Source of the DNA: Xanthobacteraceae bacterium
GTDB lineage: Bacteria > Pseudomonadota > Alphaproteobacteria > Rhizobiales > Xanthobacteraceae
DNA length: 64,000 bases
Direction: 5' to 3'
NCBI GenBank assembly: GCA_041397405.1
Contig: JAWKWS010000008.1
Span: 59,975 to 123,974, forward strand
Part shown: positions 19,270 through 28,183 of the stretch, in pieces
Layout: each line of letters opens with the position of its first letter
Position numbering within the stretch: the first letter of the stretch is position 1
The notes under the pieces: generated by a model
Databases searched by the model: none
What the model was told of the DNA's origin: nothing
Seen by the model: only the letters and a program-made list of their open reading frames with translations
Made by a program: the position numbers and the translations under genes

Positions 19270-20736
19270 ATGCCTCCCAGTTTCCAGGACATTATCGAAG
19301 AGGCGCGGCTGTCCGCGCGGGCGCTGTGGGACTATGGCGACGGCCTGTTCAATCCCACGGTCCGGCTCGGCGTCACCGGGCTGTCGCGGGCCGGCAAGAC
19401 CGTGTTCATCACCGCGCTGATCCACGGGCTGACGCGCGGCGGCCGCTTTCCGGTGTTCGAAGCCTATGCCAGCGGGCGGATCGCGCGAGCGCATCTGGAA
19501 CCGCAGCCGGACGATGCCGTGCCGCGCTTCGACTACGAGAACCATGTCCGCACGCTGGTGTCCGAGCGGCGCTGGCCGAACTCGACCACCGATATCAGCG
19601 AGCTCCGGCTCGTCATCGACTATCAGCGGCAGAACGGCGCGGATCGCAGCCTCACCCTCGACATCGTGGACTATCCCGGCGAGTGGCTGCTCGACCTGCC
19701 GCTGCTCGACAAGAGCTTCGAGCAATGGTCGGCAGAGAGTCTCGCGTTGTCGCGCGAGGGGCCGCGGCAGGAATTGGCCGCACCGTGGCACGCGCATCTG
19801 GCGACGCTGACGGCGGAATCCCGCGCGGACGAGCAGGCGGCGCTGACGTCGGCGCGCCTGTTTACCGATTACCTGCGTGACTGCCGCGACGAGCGCTTTG
19901 CCATGAGCCTGCTGCCGCCCGGCCGCTTCCTGATGCCCGGTAATCTCGCCAACTCGCCGGCGCTGACCTTTGCGCCGCTCGACGTGCCCGCGGGCGGCAG
20001 CGCACCCGAGGGATCGCTGTGGGCGATGATGGTGCGGCGCTACGAAGCCCACAAGGACATCGTGGTGCGGCCGTTCTTTCGGGATCATTTCGCACGGCTC
20101 GACCGCCAGATCGTACTGGTCGATGCGCTGGCCGCGTTCAACTCTGGGCCCGAGGCGCTGCACGATCTGGAGGCTGCGCTTGCCGGCATTCTCGACTGTT
20201 TCCGCATCGGCCGCTCAACCTTCTTCTCGAGCCTGTTCCGGCCGCGCATCGACCGAATCCTCTTTGCCGCCACCAAGGCCGACCATCTGCATCATTCCAG
20301 CCATGACCGGCTGGAAGCGATCCTGCGCCGCATCGTAGCGCGCGCGGCCGAGCGCGCCGAGCACCAGGAAGCTGCGATCGACGTGGTCGCGCTCGCGGCG
20401 GTGCGTGCCACGCGCGAGGCGACGGTCGCCCGCGGCCGAGACAAGCTGCCATCGATCCTCGGCACGCCAGCAGCCGGCGAGAGCGCCAACGGCGAATTCT
20501 TCGACGGCGAGTCGGAAGTGGCGACTTTTCCGGGCGATCTTCCCGCCGATCCGGAGGCGTTGTTCACGGGCGAAAGCTTTCGCGGCCTCTCCAGCGCGCC
20601 GTCGGAGAAGGCGGACTTTCGCTTCCTGCGCTTCCGCCCGCCGCAACTCGAGCGCGAGGGCGCCGCCGAGCCCGCCCTGCCCCACATCCGCCTCGACCGC
20701 GCGCTGCAGTTCCTGATCGGAGACCGATTGCAATGA
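19270..20736 (+). CDS. ycjX: YcjX family P-loop NTPase
   Basis: 488 aa, collinear with E. coli YcjX as I remember it (VTGLSRAGKT, DIVDYPGEWLLDLP, RFDRQIVLVD, LFAATKADH, LPHIRLD..FLIGD). Confidence 0.9.
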   Translation: MPPSFQDIIEEARLSARALWDYGDGLFNPTVRLGVTGLSRAGKTVFITALIHGLTRGGRFPVFEAYASGRIARAHLEPQPDDAVPRFDYENHVRTLVSERRWPNSTTDISELRLVIDYQRQNGADRSLTLDIVDYPGEWLLDLPLLDKSFEQWSAESLALSREGPRQELAAPWHAHLATLTAESRADEQAALTSARLFTDYLRDCRDERFAMSLLPPGRFLMPGNLANSPALTFAPLDVPAGGSAPEGSLWAMMVRRYEAHKDIVVRPFFRDHFARLDRQIVLVDALAAFNSGPEALHDLEAALAGILDCFRIGRSTFFSSLFRPRIDRILFAATKADHLHHSSHDRLEAILRRIVARAAERAEHQEAAIDVVALAAVRATREATVARGRDKLPSILGTPAAGESANGEFFDGESEVATFPGDLPADPEALFTGESFRGLSSAPSEKADFRFLRFRPPQLEREGAAEPALPHIRLDRALQFLIGDRLQ

Positions 20737-21752
20737 GCGAGAAAACGCGCAAGCCCGCGACCTTCAAGCTCGACGACGCCAATGTGGTCGTGGTGGATGC
20801 GGACGAGCCCGGACACGTGACTCGCGGCACGGTACGCATCACGCCGGAGCCGGCGCAACTGCCGGTGCCTGTCGAGGCGCCGGCAATGCCGACGCGCCGC
20901 CGCGTCCGCTGGGGCACGATGTTCTGGGCCGCGACCGCCGGGCTCATCCTGCTCGGGGCGGGCCTCGGCATCGTCCAACTGATCGAGGATCTGTTCGCGC
21001 GCAGCGAAAGCCTCGGCTATCTCGGTCTCGGCCTGGCCGCAGCGGCGGGGCTGGCGCTGGCGGTGGTGACGGGCCGCGAGGTGTTCGGTCTGATGCGGCT
21101 GGCGGCCATCGAGAAGCTGCATGCACGCGCAGCAGCCGTGCTCGTCAGCGACGACCGCGCCGAGAGCCGCGCGATCGTCGGCGACCTCGTCAAGCTTGCG
21201 CACCAGAACCCGCATCTGGCGCGCGCCCGCGCGGCACTGACGAACCATGCCGGCGACATCATCGACGGCGCCGACATGATCCGCCTGGCCGAGCGCGAGC
21301 TGATGACGCCGCTCGACCAGGAAGCGCGCCGCATCGTCTCGACGGCGGCGCAGCGCGTTTCGGTGGTCACCGCGGTCAGTCCGCGTGCGCTATTCGACGT
21401 ACTGTTCGTGTTCGTGGCGGCGATGAAGATGATCCGGCAGCTCGCCCGGCTCTATGGCGGCAGGCCCGGCACGCTCGGCATGCTCAGCCTGCTGCGCCAC
21501 GTCATTGCCCATCTCGCCATCACCGGCGGTATGGCTGCGGGCGATACCCTGCTGCAGCAGATGCTGGGCCATGGCATTGCCGCCAAGCTCTCGCAGCGGC
21601 TCGGCGAAGGCGTGCTCAATGGATTGCTCACCGCACGGCTCGGCCTTGCCGCCATCGACGTGACGCGTCCCCTGCCGTTCACGGCGCTGCCGCGGCCGGC
21701 GCTGACCGATCTTGCCGGCGACCTGCTACGCAAACGCGACGAAGAGAGCTGA
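20733..21752 (+). CDS. ycjF: YcjF family (DUF697) membrane protein
   Basis: 339 aa with a 4-nt ATGA overlap with ycjX. It has central TM hairpins and a typical YcjF C-terminal region. Confidence 0.8.
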   Translation: MSEKTRKPATFKLDDANVVVVDADEPGHVTRGTVRITPEPAQLPVPVEAPAMPTRRRVRWGTMFWAATAGLILLGAGLGIVQLIEDLFARSESLGYLGLGLAAAAGLALAVVTGREVFGLMRLAAIEKLHARAAAVLVSDDRAESRAIVGDLVKLAHQNPHLARARAALTNHAGDIIDGADMIRLAERELMTPLDQEARRIVSTAAQRVSVVTAVSPRALFDVLFVFVAAMKMIRQLARLYGGRPGTLGMLSLLRHVIAHLAITGGMAAGDTLLQQMLGHGIAAKLSQRLGEGVLNGLLTARLGLAAIDVTRPLPFTALPRPALTDLAGDLLRKRDEES

Positions 21753-21759
21753 GGTACGA

Positions 21760-21915
21760 GCCATTGTGCCCTCTCCCCTTGTGGGAGAGGGCAGCGATTA
21801 CCGTGCAGCGAGCTCGCTTGGGTGAGGGGTTATCACCACAAGCACCTTGCGTTTGGACAGAAACCCCTCATCCGGCGGCCTTTCGGCCGCCACCTTCTCC
21901 CACAAGGGGAGAAGG
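21760..21915. repeat. composite REP/RIME-like structured intergenic element
   Basis: Nested hairpins read from the sequence: GCCCTCTCCC-cttgt-GGGAGAGGGC; TGAGGGGTT..AACCCCTCA; GGCGGCC-tttc-GGCCGCC; CCTTCTCCC-acaa-GGGGAGAAGG. Confidence 0.7.
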
Positions 21916-21916
21916 T

Positions 21917-23485
21917 TTAAGCCAGCACGCGCCAGCGGAAGAAGAGCGACTCCGGCGGCGGCGAAAGCTGCGGCGTCCAGCCGGTCAGCTTCTCCAGCGC
22001 GTAGGTGTCCATCACCACGCCGCGCCAGCTTCGTTCGACGCGTTCCAGCGGGGTTCGCACCGCCGGCGTCGCATCCCACAAGGGCAAGCGGTTGTCCGGC
22101 TCGCGCGCGACATAGAGGCCAGCATGGCCGGCAACCCGGTCCGTGCCGGGATCGGCAAATCCCTGGAACCGGCCGCGCTCGTTGACCTGGATCACCGGGA
22201 CCTCTCCGTTGAAGTGCCAGCGCAGCATCGCATAGGTGCGGTAATCCGTGGTCGCAATCCACGTCGCGCCGGTCTTCTTCAACTGTTCCCGCGCCCGCGC
22301 GGCAACCTGCTCGTAGCCCGCCTCGCCGCCGACCGGATCGGTGCGGCCGATGAAATTCCAGGGCGCCGCGACATAATAGAGGAAGACCGCGACGACAAAG
22401 GCGATGCCGGTCGCAATCGCAGTCCGGATCCAGCCGGCGGTAGACTTCACCACCCAGCCCGGAAATTTCTCCCGCGCCAGCATCGTGGCGTTGATGGCGG
22501 TGGCGGCAAAGCCGGCCGGCCACAGAAACATCGGCCAGGTATCGCCAACGCGAAGCGTCAGCGATTTCCAGAAGAAATAGCCGAACGGCACGATCACGGC
22601 GGTCGACAACAGGATCGCAACCGGCTCGCGGCTGCGATAGCCGCGCCATGCCGTCATTGCCACGCCCGAGATCGCCACCGGCAGCAGCACGAAGCCGACG
22701 AGACCGAACTGCAGGCCGAAGAATTCGCCGACGGTGCGCAACGACAGCGGATGGGTGGCGACCGCGCGCACGAACTGGAAGCGGAATGAGGCCCAGTCGT
22801 GCTGATAATTCCAGATCAGCACCGGCGAGAACACGACGACTGCAATCAACGCCGCCGCCCAGGGATAGGGACTGCGTAGCCAGCGCATGCGCCAGTCCGG
22901 CACCAGCATGAACGCCGCCACGGCCGGCAGCAGCATGATGGCGGTGAATTTCGACAGCAGCGCCAGCCCGGCAAACAGACCGGCCGCCAGCCACCACCGT
23001 CCGTCGCCGCTCTCGTTGAGCCGCACCAGCGACCAAAGCATCGCCACGGCAAACGGGATCAGCGCCGTATCGGGCGCCACCTTGGCCATCAACAGCCCGT
23101 AATAGAGCGCGGCCTCCGGCATCAGCAGCGCAAACACGACGGCACGGAAATCATGCGTCACGCGGCGGACGATGTCGGCGAGCAGCAGTTGCGTCACCAG
23201 CATCGCCACAATACCGGCAATGCGAACGCCGAGCGCGGTGTCGCCGAAAAGGGCGGTGCCGAGGCGGATGAACCAGGCGATCATGGGCGGATGGTCGAGA
23301 AAGGACAGCACGCCCTCCTTCGACCAGGTCCAGTAATAGGCTTCATCCGTACGCAGATCGAGCGCGCAGGCGTAGACGATCCGCATCGCCGTCATGGCCG
23401 CAATCAGCGCTGCAACGGCTATCCACTGACGCTGCAGGGAATGCGGCGGCCGGTGGCTCGCGGGATCGGGCGGGGTTATCGTCAC
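21917..23485 (-). CDS. GT39/ArnT-like (dolichyl-phosphate-mannose-protein mannosyltransferase family) glycosyltransferase
   Basis: 522 aa polytopic membrane protein. N-terminal DEAYYW..LSFLDHPPM motif typical of the ArnT/PMT family. GTG start with GAGGAGAAA upstream. Confidence 0.8.
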   Translation of the reverse strand: MTITPPDPASHRPPHSLQRQWIAVAALIAAMTAMRIVYACALDLRTDEAYYWTWSKEGVLSFLDHPPMIAWFIRLGTALFGDTALGVRIAGIVAMLVTQLLLADIVRRVTHDFRAVVFALLMPEAALYYGLLMAKVAPDTALIPFAVAMLWSLVRLNESGDGRWWLAAGLFAGLALLSKFTAIMLLPAVAAFMLVPDWRMRWLRSPYPWAAALIAVVVFSPVLIWNYQHDWASFRFQFVRAVATHPLSLRTVGEFFGLQFGLVGFVLLPVAISGVAMTAWRGYRSREPVAILLSTAVIVPFGYFFWKSLTLRVGDTWPMFLWPAGFAATAINATMLAREKFPGWVVKSTAGWIRTAIATGIAFVVAVFLYYVAAPWNFIGRTDPVGGEAGYEQVAARAREQLKKTGATWIATTDYRTYAMLRWHFNGEVPVIQVNERGRFQGFADPGTDRVAGHAGLYVAREPDNRLPLWDATPAVRTPLERVERSWRGVVMDTYALEKLTGWTPQLSPPPESLFFRWRVLA

Positions 23486-23592
23486 GGCGCTTTCTCCTCG
23501 ACTGCCCCGGGGGGTGTCAAGGCATTGCGACCGGCAGCAGATGACCGAAGCGGGGCTTCAATTGCCGCGGAATCATCCGTAGAATTCACCGC

Positions 23593-25338
23593 ATGGATGG
23601 CACGACCACATCTTCGCCGAGGCAGATCAGGAAATTGGCCCGCGGCGTCGGGCTGCGGCAGGTCCGTCTCGTCAGCGGCAGCATTCTGTTCGCCTATCTG
23701 GTCAGTCATTTCCTCAACCACGCCCTTGGCAACATCTCGCTGGAGGCGATGGGGGATGGGGTGCGGTGGCACACCGCGTTCTGGCAATTCCTGCCGGTAT
23801 CGGTCCTGTTCTACGGCGCCGGCATCGTCCATGTGGCGCTCGGCATCTGGGCGCTGTATGAGCGCCGGCAGTTCCGCTGGAAGACGATGGAGCTCTTGCA
23901 ACTCGTCCTCGGATTGTCGGTTCCGGTGCTGGTCATTACGCATGTGCTCGGCGTAAGGCTCGCCTACACGCTGCATGGCACCGAGTTGCTCTATCCGCAG
24001 GTCCTGTTCACCTACTTCATCTCGTGGCCGGCATGGCGCATCTGGGGTCTGGTCGCCGCCATCCTGGCCGCATGGACTCACGGCTGCATCGGCCTGCAGA
24101 TGTGGCTGCGGATGAAACCCTTCTACAAGCGCGCGGCGCCTCTTCTGCTTGCGGCCGCCGTGCTGCTGCCCACATTCGCCCTGCTCGGCGTCTATCAGGG
24201 CGGGCGGATCGTCGTCGACAACGACAGTGTCGAATGGCGCGCCGAGAACCTCTCCCGCGACAAGATCGGCACCAAGGCGCAGCACGACGCGATCAACATC
24301 GCGGTCGAATATTCGCTGATGGCCTATCTCGGATTGATCGCGCTGGCGCTGCTGGCGAGGGGGGCGCGCGCCTTGCACGAGCGGCGCGGCGGCATGATCA
24401 GCCTGTCCTACGGCAATGGCCGCACCGTGCGGGTGCCGAAGGGATTGACCGTGCTGGAAGCGAGCCTGCGCGGCAGCGTACCGCATGCTTCCGTCTGCGG
24501 CGGCCGCGCGCGCTGCTCCACCTGCCGGATCCGCATCATCGGCGATTGCAGCGCCTTGCCGGTGCCCACCCAACGCGAGGCCTTCGTGCTGCACCGTGTC
24601 GGCACCGACGATCCCTCGATCCGCCTGGCCTGCCAGTTGCGCCCGAACGCCGATCTCTCGTTTTTTCAGCTCTTCCTGCCGCATACGGTCTCCGCCGACG
24701 ACCATGACGGCAATCCGACGCGAATCGGCCAGGAGCGCTACCTGATCAGCATGTTCGTGGACATGCGCGGTTCGACCAAGATGGCGGAGAAACGCCTGCC
24801 GTTCGACACCGTTTTCATCGTCAACCGTTTCCTCGGCGCGGTATCGGCTGCGGTGCTGGACAGCGGCGGGCGGCCGAACCAGTTCGTCGGCGACGGCATG
24901 CTGGCGCTGTTCGGGCTTGCGGTCAGCCGGCGCGAGGCCTGCCGCCAGGCGCTGCGCGCAGCCGCCATGATTGCGGTCAATGTCGACGAGCTCAACAAAT
25001 TCCTCAGCCACGACCTGCGCGAGCCGATCCGCTTCGGCATCGGCATTCACGGCGGAGAAGTCATCGTCGGCGACATCGGCTATCGCGACCACATGGTGTT
25101 CACCGCGCTCGGCGATCCCGTCAACGTCGCCGCGCGGCTTCAGGACATGACGAAGGCGCTGTCATGCGAGGTCGTCATCTCCGACGAGGTGCGCGCCACC
25201 GCAGGGCTTGCCGCCGATGCGCTGCCGCAGCAGGAAGTGACGATACGAGGCCGCAACGAGCCGATGATCGTGCGCTCCGTCACAGATGCGCGAACATTGT
25301 CGGCGCTCGTCGCCGACGAACCGGTTGTCACGGCGTGA
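23593..25338 (+). CDS. membrane-bound class III adenylate/guanylate cyclase with internal plant-type 2Fe-2S ferredoxin-like domain
   Basis: 581 aa. The N-terminus has ~5 TM helices, several with a conserved His. Then comes CGGRARCSTCRIRI...LACQ (C-x4-C-x2-C...C). The cyclase domain follows (FVDMRGST, FVGDGMLALFG, GIGIHGGEVIVG, ALGDPVNVAARL). Confidence 0.85.
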   Translation: MDGTTTSSPRQIRKLARGVGLRQVRLVSGSILFAYLVSHFLNHALGNISLEAMGDGVRWHTAFWQFLPVSVLFYGAGIVHVALGIWALYERRQFRWKTMELLQLVLGLSVPVLVITHVLGVRLAYTLHGTELLYPQVLFTYFISWPAWRIWGLVAAILAAWTHGCIGLQMWLRMKPFYKRAAPLLLAAAVLLPTFALLGVYQGGRIVVDNDSVEWRAENLSRDKIGTKAQHDAINIAVEYSLMAYLGLIALALLARGARALHERRGGMISLSYGNGRTVRVPKGLTVLEASLRGSVPHASVCGGRARCSTCRIRIIGDCSALPVPTQREAFVLHRVGTDDPSIRLACQLRPNADLSFFQLFLPHTVSADDHDGNPTRIGQERYLISMFVDMRGSTKMAEKRLPFDTVFIVNRFLGAVSAAVLDSGGRPNQFVGDGMLALFGLAVSRREACRQALRAAAMIAVNVDELNKFLSHDLREPIRFGIGIHGGEVIVGDIGYRDHMVFTALGDPVNVAARLQDMTKALSCEVVISDEVRATAGLAADALPQQEVTIRGRNEPMIVRSVTDARTLSALVADEPVVTA

Positions 25339-25491
25339 ATTTACCAATCGTAGCGTCGCTTTCTGAACCTGCGTTCAGCAAGCTGAGCAAACCGTAATAC
25401 GACTTTCTCGAACCGTGTTCTCCGGGCACGCGACCGATCGGCATGGGGTGAATTCGAACCCGCGCCACGGCGCAATGCAAAGGAGTAAGAC

Positions 25492-25731
25492 ATGTTTCGC
25501 AAAGTGACCCTCGCCCTCGTAGCCGCCGCTTCGCTCGGCGTCATCGCGCTGTCTCCGACCGCAGCTTCGGCCAGCCCGATGATCTGGCCGAAGCCGCATT
25601 TCCACCACCACTGGCACCCCGGCTTCGGCGTCGGCTTCGTCAGCGCCGGCTATGTCGGCTGCTATCGGCAGCGCTTGGTGCCGACGCCGTTCGGCTACCG
25701 CTGGCGCACCGTCAACGTCTGCGTCTACTGA
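25492..25731 (+). CDS. small secreted His-rich protein (79 aa)
   Basis: Strong RBS AAAGGAG. Signal peptide MFRKVTLALVAAASLGVIALSPTAASA, and the mature part contains HFHHHWH and two Cys. Confidence 0.65.
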   Translation: MFRKVTLALVAAASLGVIALSPTAASASPMIWPKPHFHHHWHPGFGVGFVSAGYVGCYRQRLVPTPFGYRWRTVNVCVY

Positions 25732-25747
25732 GCGGCGCAACGGAGCA

Positions 25748-25774
25748 AGCCCCGGCCGCCATGCGGCCGGGGCT
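25748..25774 (+). terminator. hairpin AGCCCCGGCCGC-cat-GCGGCCGGGGCT after the small secreted protein gene
   Basis: 12-bp perfect stem read from the sequence, with no T-run. Confidence 0.45.
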
Positions 25775-26085
25775 AGCCACAGCGGCGATCGCAGGCGACA
25801 GGGCGGGTGGGACTTTGCCCATACGGCCGCCAAAACCCCTGCGCTTGTGCCACACGAAAGAGCCGCGGATTGCTGCGAATTCGACAAAAGTAGGAACTCA
25901 AATTGCCGCAAATTTCGCGAAAACTTGGTTTTGCGTGACAAAAAAGGGCGATTTTGCCGAAAGGCGTGGCACCATTTGCGCTACCAAGCCGGCAATAACC
26001 CGCGTATCCTGCGTTTACGAGCCTGCCGGTGAGTGCGGGGACCGGCGGTTCGTTTTATTTTGTCGATTCCGCGGAGACGACGTGA

Positions 26086-26286
26086 ATGCCTAAAGGTACG
26101 GTCAAGTGGTTCAACCCAACCAAGGGGTATGGATTCATCCAGCCCAGCACGGGCGGCAAGGACATTTTTGTTCACATCTCGGCAGTTCAGAAGGCCGGAC
26201 TGACCACCCTCAACGAGGGACAGTCGGTGGAATACGAAGAGGTTGCCAATCGCGGCAAGACCTCAGCCGAAAACCTTAAAGTCTAG
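26086..26286 (+). CDS. cspA: cold-shock protein (CspA family)
   Basis: 66 aa with RNP1/RNP2 motifs KGYGFI and IFVHIS. It is preceded by a long (~350 nt) untranslated spacer, as is common for csp genes. Confidence 0.95.
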   Translation: MPKGTVKWFNPTKGYGFIQPSTGGKDIFVHISAVQKAGLTTLNEGQSVEYEEVANRGKTSAENLKV

Positions 26287-26466
26287 TCGATTACGATGCG
26301 GTGCGGCGAGCCCGGAGGCTTGCCGTTTCCAGCCCATTGCAATGCCAGCGAGCACGACCGGAGGGACATCTGCCCCCGGCCGCATGTGTGTTTTGTGCGA
26401 GCATGATCGCTCGCAAGGACAAGGTGTCCGCTCAGCGCTCGCGCCTTGGCCGGCCGGGATCCGGCC

Positions 26467-27117
26467 CTAGTTTTCCGTCACCCATTTCGCAACGGTCATG
26501 ACGTCGGGCGGCTGCAGGTAGCCGCGCGGCCAGAGGTCGACGACCCATTCCACCTTGGTGGCGCGATCCACCAGAACGGCGGTGTTGTGTGGCGTCTGCA
26601 GCACCAGCGAATAACCGCGAAACTTCGGATCGCCGATGCTGTGGAACTTCAGCAGCCCCCACTGCTGCATCACCAGCAGCAGGCTCGTGGTGTTGCGGGT
26701 GGTGTCCCAGCAATCGTAATTATGTGCATCGTCGCGGAACCGGAAATCCGCCTTCGCCACGCGCTTGTTGGTGCCGAGAATCGGGCCCATGCGCCGATCG
26801 AACCAGATCACGGCTTTCTGCACCGCAGCACGCTCGGCAACGGCATTGGCGCGGCCGGCCTTCATGATCGCAGTCAGCGCGGCGCGGTCTCCCGCGGTGA
26901 AGTCGAGGATATGACGACGGCGGCAGACGAAACCGTAGCACACGGTCATCGAGGTCGCCGACGGCGGATAGATCGAGACGCTTGCATAGAGTTCGGCGAC
27001 GGCCCGGCTCATCTCCAGCGGTCCGGCCAGGCCCGGCCCGCTAAAGGCCGTCGCGAGCGCCGCAAGCGCAGCCGAGCGCGCCCACCGCAAACCTCTCGAT
27101 CCCGCAGCCTCTCGCAT
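26467..27117 (-). CDS. secreted hypothetical protein (216 aa)
   Basis: The ORF has good GC3 and a signal-peptide-like N-terminus (AALAALATAFSGPGLAGP). No family recognised. Confidence 0.6.
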   Translation of the reverse strand: MREAAGSRGLRWARSAALAALATAFSGPGLAGPLEMSRAVAELYASVSIYPPSATSMTVCYGFVCRRRHILDFTAGDRAALTAIMKAGRANAVAERAAVQKAVIWFDRRMGPILGTNKRVAKADFRFRDDAHNYDCWDTTRNTTSLLLVMQQWGLLKFHSIGDPKFRGYSLVLQTPHNTAVLVDRATKVEWVVDLWPRGYLQPPDVMTVAKWVTEN

Positions 27118-27242
27118 GGCCCCGCACTGCCCCTGGAGAACTTTCCATAGCAGTAGCGCAATCGTTAATGGCTGCCAACGCGGAACCCGCCTGCAGCCTC
27201 ATTTTCCGCGCAGGATTCTTCCCGCCGTCGCGCGCGCGGACG

Positions 27243-27926
27243 TCACCGCATCTGTCTCATCATGCCCCCACCCATCTGCCCGGGCTGCATCATCGCCCTC
27301 ATGCCCATGTGGGGAGCAAGCAGTTCATCGGCGGTCTTTTTCTGCTCGTCGGACAGGACGCCGATCAGGTTTGTCAGCGCTGCTTTGATCGTTCGCGTAC
27401 CCTCGAGCCGTGCAGCCAGCCATTTCTCCTGCAACGCCAGGCGCTCGACCAGGCTCTGCTGAGCGTCCATCCCCGACATCGAAGCGCGAACTTCGCCGAG
27501 GTTTTTGGCGTTGGCGCGCAATGCATCGGCAAATGCCTTCCACGCAGTGCTCTGCGCATCGGTAATCTTGAGCTCGGCGTGCAGGAAGGCAATGCGGCCT
27601 TCGACGCGGTCGATGGTCGCCATGCCCAAGCCCATACCCATGCCACCGCCGGCACCCGAGCCCATCATTCCCATCCCCTGCATCATGCCCATCATGGGCA
27701 TACCGCCGCCCATGCCGTTCATCATACCGCCGCCCATCATGCCTTGGCCGCCGCCTTGACCGCCCATCATGCCCGGGCCACGGCCTGGACCCATCATGCC
27801 TTGACCGCCACCCTGGCCGCCCATCATGCCCGGGCCACCCATTCCGGGGGATCCCTTGGGCGACTGCGCGAATGACAACGAACTTGCGGTTGCCAGAAGC
27901 AACGCCGCGAATGCTAGACGCTTCAT
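27243..27926 (-). CDS. Spy/CpxP/ZraP-like periplasmic protein with Met/Gly-rich N-terminal region
   Basis: 227 aa with a signal peptide, two LTXXQ-like motifs (ITDAQ, LSDEQ) and GAGGAG RBS. Confidence 0.75.
   Translation of the reverse strand: MKRLAFAALLLATASSLSFAQSPKGSPGMGGPGMMGGQGGGQGMMGPGRGPGMMGGQGGGQGMMGGGMMNGMGGGMPMMGMMQGMGMMGSGAGGGMGMGLGMATIDRVEGRIAFLHAELKITDAQSTAWKAFADALRANAKNLGEVRASMSGMDAQQSLVERLALQEKWLAARLEGTRTIKAALTNLIGVLSDEQKKTADELLAPHMGMRAMMQPGQMGGGMMRQMR
27621..27854 (-). repeat. in-frame low-complexity tandem repeats encoding (G/M/Q/P)-rich tract
   Basis: Residues ~25-102 are GMGGPGMMGGQGGGQGMMGPGRGPGMMGGQGGGQGMMGGGMMNGMGGGMPMMGMMQGMGMM.., with a duplicated DNA unit visible. 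Confidence 0.8.
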
Positions 27927-28183
27927 CGGACTCTCCTCTTCAAGCCACGCCGCTTCAAATTGCAGGTTCCGCCTTGTCTGCGCTTGAGGGAAATCAACCC
28001 TAACGAAAAGGTAAGGTAGAGAGCCACGAAGGCCACGTTCTCCCTTTGCACCGCATCAGAAGCCGTCGCGCCACAGCTCGATTACGGCGATTTATCCCGT
28101 CAGGAAATCAAGGCAAGCGTGCGATATTGCCTGTATTGCTGCGGAAGCATCGCCGAAAGTGGATGATCGACCGAGGAGATGTC

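Noticed and set aside
28046-28183. N-terminal extensions offered by the ORF track for putA, and similarly for ivd, mdlC, rfbF, rfbC, the SDR, GT4, the second P450 and the pirin gene
   Set aside because: The extensions are Arg-rich, lack similarity to the families, and internal ATGs with RBS-like sequences give canonical N-termini.
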